Source of the DNA: Candidatus Omnitrophica bacterium UBA6233
GTDB lineage: Bacteria > Omnitrophota > Gorgyraeia > Gygaellales > Profunditerraquicolaceae
Assembly: GCA_002440965.1 (NCBI GenBank)
Contig: DJWJ01000016.1
Span: forward strand, 7,409 to 71,408
DNA length: 64,000 bases
Direction of reading: 5' to 3'
Positions 38,157-47,515 of this stretch are shown in pieces. Both the position numbers and the translations under genes were made by a program. Under the pieces are notes generated by a model. The model was given only the letters and a program-made list of their open reading frames with translations. It was not told the DNA's origin and searched no databases. Numbering within the stretch: the stretch's first letter is position 1; every line of letters starts with the position of its first letter.

Positions 38157-39686
38157 CTAAGCGAAAAAATCTCTATCTAAAGATCGATATTGGATTGTTT
38201 CTGCAAGATGGTCTGTTTTTATCTGTTCTGATCCGGCGAGATCGCTAATGGTTCTTGATATTTTCAATATTTTATCATAGGCCCGGGCACTAAAGTTTAG
38301 TTCAGACATCGCCATTTTTAACAATTCGTTTTCCTCCTTGCCTAATATACAAAATTTTCTTACCTGTTTGCAACTCATTTGAGCATTGCATAGGATGCCC
38401 TCATTTCTAAATCTTTCAATTTGGATTGCGCGGGTTTTATTTACCCTCTCCTTGATTTGCGCGGAACTTTCCGCAGGCAGATTTCCGCTTAACTCCTGAT
38501 ATTTTGTCGCCGGAATTTCTATATGAATATCTATCCTATCCAATAATGGGCCGGATATTTTAGAGCGATAGGCATGGATCTGTGCTGTTGAACAGCGGCA
38601 GGAAGTTTTATTGTTGTGATAATTGCCGCATTTACAGGGGTTCATCGCGGCGACCAAAACAAAAGAGGCAGGAAATACCAAAGATTTGAATACCCGCGAT
38701 ATGCGAATTGAACGATCTTCTAGCGGTTGCCGCAAGGCTTCGAGGCAATCGCGTCTAAATTCCGGAAGTTCATCCAGAAAAAGCACGCCTTCATGCGCCA
38801 GGCTTATTTCTCCCGGTATGGGTATGGAGCCGCCGCCTACAAGAGCTGCGTTGGAGATGGTATGGTGAAGGGAGCGAAATGGGCGGGTAGTTATGACCCC
38901 GTCTTTATTCACCAGATAACCGGCAACCGAATGAATTTTACTTACTTCTAGCGCTTCTTCGGGAGTCATGTCCGGCATAATTGTGGGAATTCTTTTTGCG
39001 AGCATGGTTTTACCGCTTCCGGGTGGACCAATCATCAGAATGTTGTGGCCTCCGGCTATGGCTATTTCTATGGCTCTCTTTGCCATAAATTGGCCTTTAA
39101 CATCCGAGAAGTCTACGCTATAAAAGCCTTTTTGAGATAAATTCAACAATTCAGGTTCCAAAGGCCTAAAGCCGTCTGGATTATTTAAAAATTCTACACT
39201 TTCCCGTAAGGTTTTAAGCGCGAATGTGGATGCTCCAGATACAATCGCGGCTTCTTTGGCATTTTGGGCCGGGATAATTAGCTTATTGCAGGGAGATTTT
39301 GCTGCCGCTATAGCTATTGGAAGTATTCCTCGCAGCGGCCGAAGCGATCCGTCCAAGGATAGTTCTCCTAAAACAAAATAATTAGATAGTCTTGAGCTGT
39401 TTATCTGTTGTGTTGCCGCCAGTATGCTTAAAGCAATCCCCAGATCAAAATAAGCTCCTTCTTTTCTGATCCCGGATGGCCCCAGGCTTATGGTAATCCT
39501 TTCAGATGGCCAGCTAAAGCCGGAATTTTTAATCGCGCTTTTTACCCTTTCCCTGCTTTCTTTAACCGCGGAATCCGGTAATCCTACTACGTTTATTGCA
39601 GGTAGACCCCGGCAAATATCTACCTCAATTTCTACGGGGTAGGCTTCTATACCGTGTATCCCGAAACTTAATGCCCTGGCTAACAT
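38157..39686 (-). CDS. YifB/ComM-family Mg-chelatase-like AAA+ ATPase
   Basis: N-terminal Lon-protease-like domain 'HGIEAYPVEIEVD'; Walker A 'GPPGSGKTMLA'; C-terminal ChlI region. The only - strand gene in the window. Confidence 0.85.
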   Translation of the reverse strand: MLARALSFGIHGIEAYPVEIEVDICRGLPAINVVGLPDSAVKESRERVKSAIKNSGFSWPSERITISLGPSGIRKEGAYFDLGIALSILAATQQINSSRLSNYFVLGELSLDGSLRPLRGILPIAIAAAKSPCNKLIIPAQNAKEAAIVSGASTFALKTLRESVEFLNNPDGFRPLEPELLNLSQKGFYSVDFSDVKGQFMAKRAIEIAIAGGHNILMIGPPGSGKTMLAKRIPTIMPDMTPEEALEVSKIHSVAGYLVNKDGVITTRPFRSLHHTISNAALVGGGSIPIPGEISLAHEGVLFLDELPEFRRDCLEALRQPLEDRSIRISRVFKSLVFPASFVLVAAMNPCKCGNYHNNKTSCRCSTAQIHAYRSKISGPLLDRIDIHIEIPATKYQELSGNLPAESSAQIKERVNKTRAIQIERFRNEGILCNAQMSCKQVRKFCILGKEENELLKMAMSELNFSARAYDKILKISRTISDLAGSEQIKTDHLAETIQYRSLDRDFFA

Positions 39687-39796
39687 GTTTTTCCTCCTTC
39701 TAATATAATAGACGTGATGATAGCTGAAATCTAACTAAAAAACACCTATTTTTAACTTCATTTTTCACCCGAAATCGGGAGAAGTCGAGAAAAGGC

Positions 39797-39824
39797 TTGC
39801 AATTTGAGGTGCTGATTATATAAT
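39797..39824 (+). promoter_or_regulatory. candidate promoter (-35 TTGCAA, 16-nt spacer, -10 TATAAT)
   Basis: TTGCAA at 39797-39802 and TATAAT at 39819-39824. About 165 nt upstream of the 39989 gene. Confidence 0.4.
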
Positions 39825-39988
39825 ATTGCGATATAACCAGGCGGGAATGTTACCATCCTTGTTTTCTCCGCACAAGCGCCTGATTCAGGATATTTTTCCT
39901 TTCTTTCGCAGTTTTAAGCAAGCCAGAAAAGGCAGAAGGAGAGGCGGGTAAGTTTAATGCACGACATTTCATATTTAAACCGAAAATA

Positions 39989-40435
39989 ATGATAGAGATT
40001 CTAGCTCAATTATCCCGGAATAAGATTTTTCTTACTACTCTCTCGGCATGGTTAATTGCCCAGACTTTAAAAGTTTTTATCGGCGTTGTGCAGAAGAGGA
40101 AGTTTGACTTCCGCCTATTTGTTGGCACCGGAGGTATGCCTTCGAGCCACGTAGCCGGCGCAGCATGCTTAGCTACCGCGTTAGGTTTAGATTATGGTTT
40201 TGACAGCGCTTATTTTGCTTTAGCTGCGTCATTTGCGATTGTAGTTATGTTCGATGCCCAAGGCGTGCGCCGGGCAACCGGAAGACAGGCGCGCATTTTA
40301 AATAAAATAACCGACGATATTTACTGGAAGGGTAAGATCCACGACGGACGTTTACGCGAACTCATCGGCCATACGCCGCTGGAGGTAATCGGCGGGTTTC
40401 TGGTTGGTGTTCTCATAGCGGTACTGGCGCATTAG
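39989..40435 (+). CDS. DUF212 / divergent PAP2-family membrane protein
   Basis: 'GGMPSSHVAGAACLATALGL' PAP2-like motif; 148 aa. Confidence 0.6.
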   Translation: MIEILAQLSRNKIFLTTLSAWLIAQTLKVFIGVVQKRKFDFRLFVGTGGMPSSHVAGAACLATALGLDYGFDSAYFALAASFAIVVMFDAQGVRRATGRQARILNKITDDIYWKGKIHDGRLRELIGHTPLEVIGGFLVGVLIAVLAH

Positions 40436-40520
40436 AATATTTAATTTAATATCACTATCCGTTAGAAAATGAGCAATGCTGAAGTAAGGCATAATTAATT
40501 TATAGGAAAGGAAGTGCGCA

Positions 40521-41333
40521 GTGAATAAGAAGATTTTTATACTATCTGGCGTAATATTGTTACTTTTGATTTTAACCGCTTCCCTTATTTTTAGAAGCGG
40601 CAAGAACTTTCTTGCCGGACAAAAGGATTCATCGAAAGCGCAATCTTTGTTAAATGAAGCAAAAAGTCTGCAGGCAAAAGGGGATTTGCTGGGGGCTAGA
40701 TCCGTTTATCAGAAGCTCGTCAATGATTTCTCTAATTCAAATGATGTCATGAGCTGGCAGAGAACGATTGATGATGTTAACATAAAACTTTTATTTTCCC
40801 CCGTCATGACTCCCAAAAGCGTGCTTTATGAAATAAAATCCGGGGATACTTTGAATAAAATTGCCCGGGAATTTAAGACCACGACGGATCTGATCAAGAA
40901 GAGTAATAACCTGAGCAGCGATATAATTAATCCGGGGAAAAAGATTAAAATTTGGAATGCGCCTTTTAGTATTCTGGTGGATAAGTCGCAGAATATCCTG
41001 ATTTTAAAAAGCGATGAAGAAATAATCAAGACTTATATAGTATCGACGGGAAAGAATAATTCCACCCCTGTTGGAACTTTCAAAATTACTTCTAAACTGA
41101 TGAATCCTACTTGGTTTAAAACCGGAGCAGTCATTCCGGCAGGCAGCCCCGAAAATGTTTTGGGCACGCGCTGGTTGGGTTTGGATAAACCTTCTTACGG
41201 GATACATGGCACGATTGAACCCCAGGATTTAGGAAAACAAGTTACCCAGGGTTGCGTGCGTATGGCTAATCCCGAAGTAGAGGAACTTTATACAATTGTT
41301 CCCGTTGGAACAGAAGTAGTTATAGTTGATTAA
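40521..41333 (+). CDS. L,D-transpeptidase (YkuD) with LysM domain
   Basis: LysM 'YEIKSGDTLNKIAREF'; catalytic 'YGIHGT' and 'GCVRMAN'. Confidence 0.75.
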   Translation: MNKKIFILSGVILLLLILTASLIFRSGKNFLAGQKDSSKAQSLLNEAKSLQAKGDLLGARSVYQKLVNDFSNSNDVMSWQRTIDDVNIKLLFSPVMTPKSVLYEIKSGDTLNKIAREFKTTTDLIKKSNNLSSDIINPGKKIKIWNAPFSILVDKSQNILILKSDEEIIKTYIVSTGKNNSTPVGTFKITSKLMNPTWFKTGAVIPAGSPENVLGTRWLGLDKPSYGIHGTIEPQDLGKQVTQGCVRMANPEVEELYTIVPVGTEVVIVD

Positions 41334-41345
41334 CCGCTCATTAAT

Positions 41346-42293
41346 ATGGCCGGATTAGATTTCGAAAAACCAATCGCTGAATTAGAGAAAAAGATACAGG
41401 ATCTAAGGCATTTTATCTCGGATAAGAAGATAGACCTTTCTTCCGAGGTTAAACGTCTCGAGGATAAACTCGAACATCTTAAAAAAGATACCTACACTAA
41501 TCTTTCCGCTTGGCAAAGAGTGCAGCTGGCCCGCCATCCCCAAAGACCATATACCCTTGATTATATAAACCTAATTATGTCGGATTTTATCGAGTTGCAC
41601 GGAGACAGGCTTTTTAGCGACGACAAAGCTATGGTTTGCGGGTTGGCTAAATTGGATAAACAGAAAATAGCGATTATCGGCCATCAAAAAGGCCGGGATA
41701 CCAAGGAAAACCTTAAGCGTAATTTTGGCTGCGCCCATCCAGAGGGCTATCGCAAGGCGCTTAGGGTTATGCAATTAGCCGAAGAATTTGGTTTGCCGGT
41801 AATAGTTTTTATTGATACGCCCGGAGCATATCCGGGAATAGGAGCGGAAGAACGCGGACAATCTCAAGCTATCGCGCTTAATTTAAGAGAAATGATTTCT
41901 ATTGCTACGCCAATAATTTCAGTTGTTATAGGGGAGGGCGGGTCAGGAGGAGCTTTAGGCGTGGGAGTGACTGATCGCATTTTTGTATTAGAAAATTCCT
42001 ATTATTCCGTTATTTCCCCCGAAGGTTGCGCTGCCATTTTGTGGAAAGACGGTTCAAAGGCGCCTCAGGCAGCTGAGGTTCTTAAACTGACAGGAGATGA
42101 TTTGACCGAACTTAAGATTATTGACGAAGTTATCCCTGAACCTTTAGGGGGAGCTCACCGGGATCCGCAAAAGACAGCCCAAAAATTAAAGGAAGCCCTT
42201 ATTAAGACTCTTAACGAATTAAAAGCTTACAATAAGGATGAGCTTTTGAAATTAAGGTACAAAAAGTTCCGCGACATAGGCATTGTGGCATGA
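41346..42293 (+). CDS. accA: acetyl-CoA carboxylase carboxyltransferase alpha subunit
   Basis: '[18 protein letters not shown]', '[13 protein letters not shown]' and 'GEGGSGGAL'. Confidence 0.85.
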   Translation: MAGLDFEKPIAELEKKIQDLRHFISDKKIDLSSEVKRLEDKLEHLKKDTYTNLSAWQRVQLARHPQRPYTLDYINLIMSDFIELHGDRLFSDDKAMVCGLAKLDKQKIAIIGHQKGRDTKENLKRNFGCAHPEGYRKALRVMQLAEEFGLPVIVFIDTPGAYPGIGAEERGQSQAIALNLREMISIATPIISVVIGEGGSGGALGVGVTDRIFVLENSYYSVISPEGCAAILWKDGSKAPQAAEVLKLTGDDLTELKIIDEVIPEPLGGAHRDPQKTAQKLKEALIKTLNELKAYNKDELLKLRYKKFRDIGIVA

Positions 42294-42808
42294 TCGAGCA
42301 GGAATTATTATTATTGGGCTTACTTAAAGAAGGCCCCAAGCACGGCTACGATATTAAAACCAAGATAAAACAAATCCTTTCTTTATTCGCCGGAGTAGAA
42401 TTAAAATCCATATATTATCCTTTACGCATACTTGAAAAAAGAGGGTTGGTTGCTAAACGGACACTTAAACCCGGGAAAAGGCCTGAGCGGATGGTTTATG
42501 CTTTAACTTCCAAGGGAGAGGCTCGTTTTAATGAGCTTTTGAATAAAAGTCTGCTTAGTCTCAAGAGGCCTCAATTTAGCCTGGATTTGAGTCTGTATTT
42601 TCTGCACTATATGAATCCCGGAGTGGCAATCCGTCGCTTGCGCGCCAGATTACATATGTTGAATAAGATATCCCACGGCTTGGAACATATGGTTAAAACT
42701 TCATCTAAAGGTAAAACCGTTCCATTAAACCGTATTTTGGAACACAACTTTAGGCTCCTTAAAGCAGAATCCCAGTTTATCTCGCAATTAATTAATACAG
42801 TACAGTAA
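42290..42808 (+). CDS. PadR-family transcriptional regulator
   Basis: '[12 protein letters not shown]...[13 protein letters not shown]' winged-helix motif. Confidence 0.7.
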   Translation: MIEQELLLLGLLKEGPKHGYDIKTKIKQILSLFAGVELKSIYYPLRILEKRGLVAKRTLKPGKRPERMVYALTSKGEARFNELLNKSLLSLKRPQFSLDLSLYFLHYMNPGVAIRRLRARLHMLNKISHGLEHMVKTSSKGKTVPLNRILEHNFRLLKAESQFISQLINTVQ

Positions 42809-42884
42809 TTTTACTTGACACCATAGCGGCAATTTTATAAAATATAGGTGAGTTTAAATAGTAAAATTTTACTATATAAGAAGG

Positions 42885-43166
42885 GTGTTTCTTATGGATT
42901 GGGATAAGGCTACGCAGGAAAAGTTCAAGGTTATGGTTGCTAAAATACCTGTTTTCCATCGGCATATTACCGAGGGGGTAGTAACTAAGGGAGCACAGGG
43001 GTATGCTCAGGCAAGAGGCGCTGTAAAGATTGAAGAAGTGGATGTGATAAATGCATTTTTCTCGGATGTCCCTGCCGCCTTTTATAGTATGATGGTTAGG
43101 CTGCTGGAGCAGAACGGTTTTGATTATAAGAAATACGGTTTCCCCAAAAATAGACCCCTTATATGA
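42885..43166 (+). CDS. small protein with PCP_red-like (protochlorophyllide reductase 57-kDa subunit C-terminal-like) domain
   Basis: 'WDKATQEKFKVMVAKIPVFHRHITEGVVTKGAQGYAQARG' resembles the stand-alone PCP_red domain. Low certainty. Confidence 0.3.
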   Translation: MFLMDWDKATQEKFKVMVAKIPVFHRHITEGVVTKGAQGYAQARGAVKIEEVDVINAFFSDVPAAFYSMMVRLLEQNGFDYKKYGFPKNRPLI

Positions 43167-44170
43167 GAATCGCGGTTATTGGCGCAGGAGCCATAGGAAA
43201 TCTAGTCGCCGGTTATCTGAAATTGCAGGGCGAAGATGTTTATTTGGTCGGGCGGCAAGAGGCGGTTAGGGCTATCTCAGGGAGCGGGCTCAAGATCAGC
43301 GGTGTGCGGGGAGATTTTCAGGTTAATATCAGTATATACGATATGCTGGTTTCCAAACCCGAGCTCTTAATCTTAACTACAAAAACGCAAGATATAGAGC
43401 CGGCGCTAAAAGATAATTTCAGTTTGATCAAAGATACTATTATTCTGACGACGCAAAACGGTCTTGCTGCCGAAAGAATAGTAGCCAAGTTTGTCCCGGA
43501 AAATAATATTCTTTCGAGCATTGTTATGTTCGGCGCTACTTACCTGGAACCAGGCAAGGTTGTTCATAATTTTGAAGGAAGTTGGGTGTTGGGAAATTTA
43601 TTCTCTGAGTCTATGGATGGGCGCCTGCTTTCTTTAAGCTTGATTTTGGATAAAGCATTTCCGGCGGTAGTTAGCGAAGACATTTTGGGGATGAAATATC
43701 TCAAGGTGTTTGTCAATGCCAATAACTGTATAGCGGCAATATTAGGCGTAAGTATGCAGGAAGCTTTCTTAGACCCCCAGGTGAGCAGAGTAAGCGTTGC
43801 GATTTGGAGGGAAGGTTTTAAGGTAATTTCAAAGTCCGGGCTCAAGCTTGTTTCTTTGCCGGGATTCCCGATTGAAAATGTGACTCGGCTTATTTCTCTT
43901 CCTCCGGAAGAAGCAGCTAAAATTTTCTCGGCAACCATGAGTAAGTTGAGCCGCGACCCGCTCTACGGTTCAATATTACAGAGTATTAAAAGGGGAAGGC
44001 TTTCGGAGGTCGATTATATTAACGGAGAATTTGTAACTTTAGCCGGGAAGTGTAATTTAAAGGCAAGTTTAAATAAAAAATTGGTTGAAATGGTGCATGA
44101 AGTAGAAAAGAATAAACGGTTTTTTAGTAAATCCGAATTTTTAACCGCTACAGAAAGATTATTAAATTAA
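43163..44170 (+). CDS. 2-dehydropantoate 2-reductase family (PanE/ApbA-like) oxidoreductase
   Basis: N-terminal 'MRIAVIGAGAIGNLVAGYL' Rossmann fold; ApbA_C-like C-terminus. Confidence 0.7.
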   Translation: MRIAVIGAGAIGNLVAGYLKLQGEDVYLVGRQEAVRAISGSGLKISGVRGDFQVNISIYDMLVSKPELLILTTKTQDIEPALKDNFSLIKDTIILTTQNGLAAERIVAKFVPENNILSSIVMFGATYLEPGKVVHNFEGSWVLGNLFSESMDGRLLSLSLILDKAFPAVVSEDILGMKYLKVFVNANNCIAAILGVSMQEAFLDPQVSRVSVAIWREGFKVISKSGLKLVSLPGFPIENVTRLISLPPEEAAKIFSATMSKLSRDPLYGSILQSIKRGRLSEVDYINGEFVTLAGKCNLKASLNKKLVEMVHEVEKNKRFFSKSEFLTATERLLN

Positions 44171-44171
44171 A

Positions 44172-44768
44172 ATGCCCGAAGTCAATTCGCCTTTCCCAAA
44201 ATTAAAGCTTACAGTTACAGGAGTTTTTGGAAACTGTTACCATGGGTATGAAGCTGGAGATGAAATCATTCTGGAAGATTTTACCCATCCTCCTAAGCAT
44301 TTTTGTTTAGGGTTGGCGCATGCGCTCTTTCCGGTAATTTATGCTTTGAGTTTCGGCGCAAGGTTCGGCTTTCGCGATAATCAGCGGTCACTTTTGGTAA
44401 CTTGTCCTGACGGCGGCAAATTGGAATTTAAAGCCGAGATTCTGGATAAGGAAGGCAAAGTGGAAGTTTTCCCTAAAGACCCCAATCATAAATTTAGTCC
44501 TAAGAAAATGGTTATTGAAGTAGCCAAAACCAAAGGGAAATGCACTTTTGGTTATAAAGTGGGAGATAAATGGGAGACTCAAGGATTGAAATGTATTCCG
44601 GGTTTTTGCGGAGCAGCGTTTCATACAGCGTTTCCGGCGCTCTTCGCTTTAAATTTCGGGGCAAAGTTTTTCTTTATGCAGGATCCGGATTCGATCGATA
44701 CCGTAACCTGCCCTGACGGCGGAAATATTGTGTTTAAGGTTACCAGAGTAGAAGAAAATAAGAAGTAA
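44172..44768 (+). CDS. duplicated Cys-rich domain protein (TIGR04076-like), two tandem ~95-aa modules
   Basis: Internal repeat: 'GNCYHGYEAGDEI...CLGLAHALFPVIYALSFGARFGF...VTCPDGGKLEFKAEI' vs 'GKCTFGYKVGDKW...CGAAFHTAFPALFALNFGAKFFF...VTCPDGGNIVFKVTRV'. Confidence 0.4.
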   Translation: MPEVNSPFPKLKLTVTGVFGNCYHGYEAGDEIILEDFTHPPKHFCLGLAHALFPVIYALSFGARFGFRDNQRSLLVTCPDGGKLEFKAEILDKEGKVEVFPKDPNHKFSPKKMVIEVAKTKGKCTFGYKVGDKWETQGLKCIPGFCGAAFHTAFPALFALNFGAKFFFMQDPDSIDTVTCPDGGNIVFKVTRVEENKK

Positions 44769-44879
44769 GAAATCAATGGCCGATTACCAATATCACAATG
44801 TCGAACGAAATCCCAATGATCCAATGTTTCAATTGTGAATTGGGATTTGTAAATTGGATATTTAGCTTAGGGATTAAAT

Positions 44880-46142
44880 ATGAAAAAAAGAAGAGTAGTG
44901 ATTACGGGGATTGGCGTAATTTCGCCTAATGGCATAGGTAAAGATAAAGTTTATCAGGCGATGACCAACGGCGTTTCCGGAATAAAACGGGTAGATGGTT
45001 TTGATGTTTCGGTATTTAATACCAAGATCGCCGCGGAAGTCCGTGACTTTGATCCGTTTAAGCTCGGGCTTACTCATGACGAAGCTGTACGTATGGATAG
45101 ATACGTACAATTTGGAGTGGTTGCCGGAAATATGGCGATTAAGGATAGCACCCTGGATCTTTCGAAAGTTAATCCTGAGAGGATCGGAGTTTGTCTTGCC
45201 AATGCCATTTGCGGGACAAAATATATGGAAGAAGAATTCGCTCTTGTAACTGACGATGGCAAGAAAGCAATTGATCCGTCAAAGGTCCGTCCTGACCTTT
45301 ATGATGCCGCGATGTTTAATACACCTTCCATTGAATTATCTTCGAAATATCATTTAAAAGGAATATGCAATACGCTCTCAACCGGCTGCACAGCCGGGAC
45401 TGATTCTTTAGGGTTTGGTTTAGAGACGATCCAGGATGGAGAGCAGGATATTATGATTTGCGGAGCGGCAGAGGCTCCGATCACGCCGATTACTTTTGGC
45501 GCTTTTGATGTGGTAAATGTTTTATCAGCCCGTAATGATGATCCTGAAGCTTCGTCACGGCCGTTTGATAACAAACGCGATGGATTTGTCTTAAGTGAAG
45601 GCGCCGGGATTTTAATTTTAGAAGAATTGAATCACGCTTTAAAACGTAACGCCCATATTTATTGCGAGGTTTTGGGTTTTGGCACCAGCTGTAACGCTTT
45701 TCATATGACTGACCTTCCGGGAGACGGAGGAGCAATGACTAATTGTATAACCCTGGCGTTAAAAGATGCCGGGATCAAACCGCAAGAGATAGATTATATC
45801 AGCGCCCACGGATCAAGCACGAAAATGAATGATATCTTCGAAACCAATGCTTACAAAACGGTTTTCGGAGATTACGCGTATAAACTTCCCATAAGTTCGC
45901 TTAAGTCAATGATCGGCCATCCCCTGGCTGCTTCTAACGCCGTGGAGATGACTGTTTGTTCGATGATTTTTGAAAAAAATATCCTTCCTCCGACTATCAA
46001 TCAGGAAGAGAAGGATCCCTTGTGCGACTTGAATTATATTCCCAATAAAGCAATCACCAAAAAAGTAAATACTATTATTAAGACTAGCTCTGGATTTTCC
46101 GGAATTCATTCTTCGTTGGTTGTGAGGAGATATAATGGATAA
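44880..46142 (+). CDS. beta-ketoacyl-ACP synthase (KAS I/II-like; KS-alpha)
   Basis: Active-site Cys 'LSTGCTAGTDSLG'; His 'SAHGSSTKMND'; His 'IGHPLAASNA'; 420 aa. Confidence 0.85.
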   Translation: MKKRRVVITGIGVISPNGIGKDKVYQAMTNGVSGIKRVDGFDVSVFNTKIAAEVRDFDPFKLGLTHDEAVRMDRYVQFGVVAGNMAIKDSTLDLSKVNPERIGVCLANAICGTKYMEEEFALVTDDGKKAIDPSKVRPDLYDAAMFNTPSIELSSKYHLKGICNTLSTGCTAGTDSLGFGLETIQDGEQDIMICGAAEAPITPITFGAFDVVNVLSARNDDPEASSRPFDNKRDGFVLSEGAGILILEELNHALKRNAHIYCEVLGFGTSCNAFHMTDLPGDGGAMTNCITLALKDAGIKPQEIDYISAHGSSTKMNDIFETNAYKTVFGDYAYKLPISSLKSMIGHPLAASNAVEMTVCSMIFEKNILPPTINQEEKDPLCDLNYIPNKAITKKVNTIIKTSSGFSGIHSSLVVRRYNG

Positions 46143-47361
46143 GATAGCGATTACTGGCATAGGTATTGTCAGTCCTTCAGGAATAAATAAACGCCAGTTT
46201 TGGGCGAATATAAAATCCGGCAGGTCTTTTGTAAAAGAAATTACTCGTTTTGATGCTTCTAAATATCCGTCGCATATAGCCGGGCAAATCGATGAGCTGA
46301 ACAAGTATAGCAATATCTCCGAGCGCCTGCTGAAAAAGATCGATGCGTTCTCGCATATGGCTTTAATTGCTTCTGAGCTTGCTTTGCAGGATGCCGGGAT
46401 AGATATAAAGAATGAAGACCCGAATTTAGTCGGCATATTTTTAGGTAACGCTATCGGCGGATGGCTTTACGCTGAAACAGAATTGCGTGATTTATATATC
46501 GAAGGCCGGGAAGGTGTTTCTCCTTACATGGCTTCAGCGTGGTTTCCGGCTGCCCCGCAAGGACAAGTTTCTATTTATTATGGTATTAAAGGATTTTCCA
46601 AAACAGTTGTCGCCGATAGAGCCGGTTCCTTGATGGCCTTAGGTTACGGAGCCAAGGTTTTAAATAAGAATAAATTAAATATGATTTTAGCCGGAGGCAT
46701 GGAAGCGCCGGTGTCGCCTTACGCGCTTTTATGCTGCAATACTTACGGAGCTTTATCCAAAAATAATTCCCAGCCTCAAGAAGCTTACAAGCCATTTGAT
46801 AAAAAGCGCGATGGCTTTGTAATCGGTGAAGGCGCGGGGATTGTGGTTATGGAGAGTGTGCAGAGGGCAAGTAAAAGAGGAGTTAAACCTTTGGCTTATA
46901 TTTCCGGATACTCGACCAGCTGCGACGGAATTGACCGGATCAATTGCGCAAGCGACGGGGTAGAATTAGCCAGAGCAATAAAACTAGCGCTTGCCGATGC
47001 TAAAACCAATATTGATGAAATTGATTATATAAGTCTAGATGGCGCGGCTATAAATTTGTGGGATGATTCTGAACTGCAGGCGATTAAAAGCATTTTTGGC
47101 GCCAGGACCAAAGATATTCCAATGAGTTGCCCTAAATCTATGTTCGGAAATTTACTGGGGGCAAGTGGAGCGGTGGATATGATTACTACTATCTTAGCGA
47201 TGGAACATAGTTTGGTTCCGGTTACTTTAAATTTAGACGAACCAAGTATGAAAGGTTTTAATTATATTACAAAAGAAGCCAAGGAATACAAAATCGATAA
47301 AGCCCTGGTGATTTCGCGCGGCAGGGGCGGAATCAATTCAGTTCTGGTGGTTGAAAAGTAA
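46135..47361 (+). CDS. ketosynthase-like partner lacking the catalytic triad (chain-length-factor / KS-beta-like)
   Basis: KS fold, but the active-site Cys is replaced ('VVADRAGSLMAL') and both His positions are altered ('LDGAAINL', 'GNLLGASGA'). 8-bp overlap with the KS-alpha gene. Confidence 0.7.
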   Translation: MDKIAITGIGIVSPSGINKRQFWANIKSGRSFVKEITRFDASKYPSHIAGQIDELNKYSNISERLLKKIDAFSHMALIASELALQDAGIDIKNEDPNLVGIFLGNAIGGWLYAETELRDLYIEGREGVSPYMASAWFPAAPQGQVSIYYGIKGFSKTVVADRAGSLMALGYGAKVLNKNKLNMILAGGMEAPVSPYALLCCNTYGALSKNNSQPQEAYKPFDKKRDGFVIGEGAGIVVMESVQRASKRGVKPLAYISGYSTSCDGIDRINCASDGVELARAIKLALADAKTNIDEIDYISLDGAAINLWDDSELQAIKSIFGARTKDIPMSCPKSMFGNLLGASGAVDMITTILAMEHSLVPVTLNLDEPSMKGFNYITKEAKEYKIDKALVISRGRGGINSVLVVEK

Positions 47362-47368
47362 ATAGTTT

Positions 47369-47500
47369 AATGACAAATGACAAAATCCAAAGCACAAAAT
47401 AAATCTAAAGTTCAAATGTCAAATACTAAAACTAATGTTTTGTTATTTAATTTTTGGAATTTGAATTTATTTTGGATCTTGTGCTTTGTCATTTGACATT
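47369..47500. repeat. intergenic long palindromic repeat, family 'AATGACAAATGACAAAATYCAAAGCACAAAATAAAT', copy A
   Basis: The 5' arm 'AATGACAAATGACAAAATCCAAAGCACAA' is mirrored by 'TTGTGCTTTGTCATTTGACATT'. Lies between the KS-beta stop and the rSAM RBS. Confidence 0.7.
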
Positions 47501-47515
47501 AAAAGAGGAGGAGTT

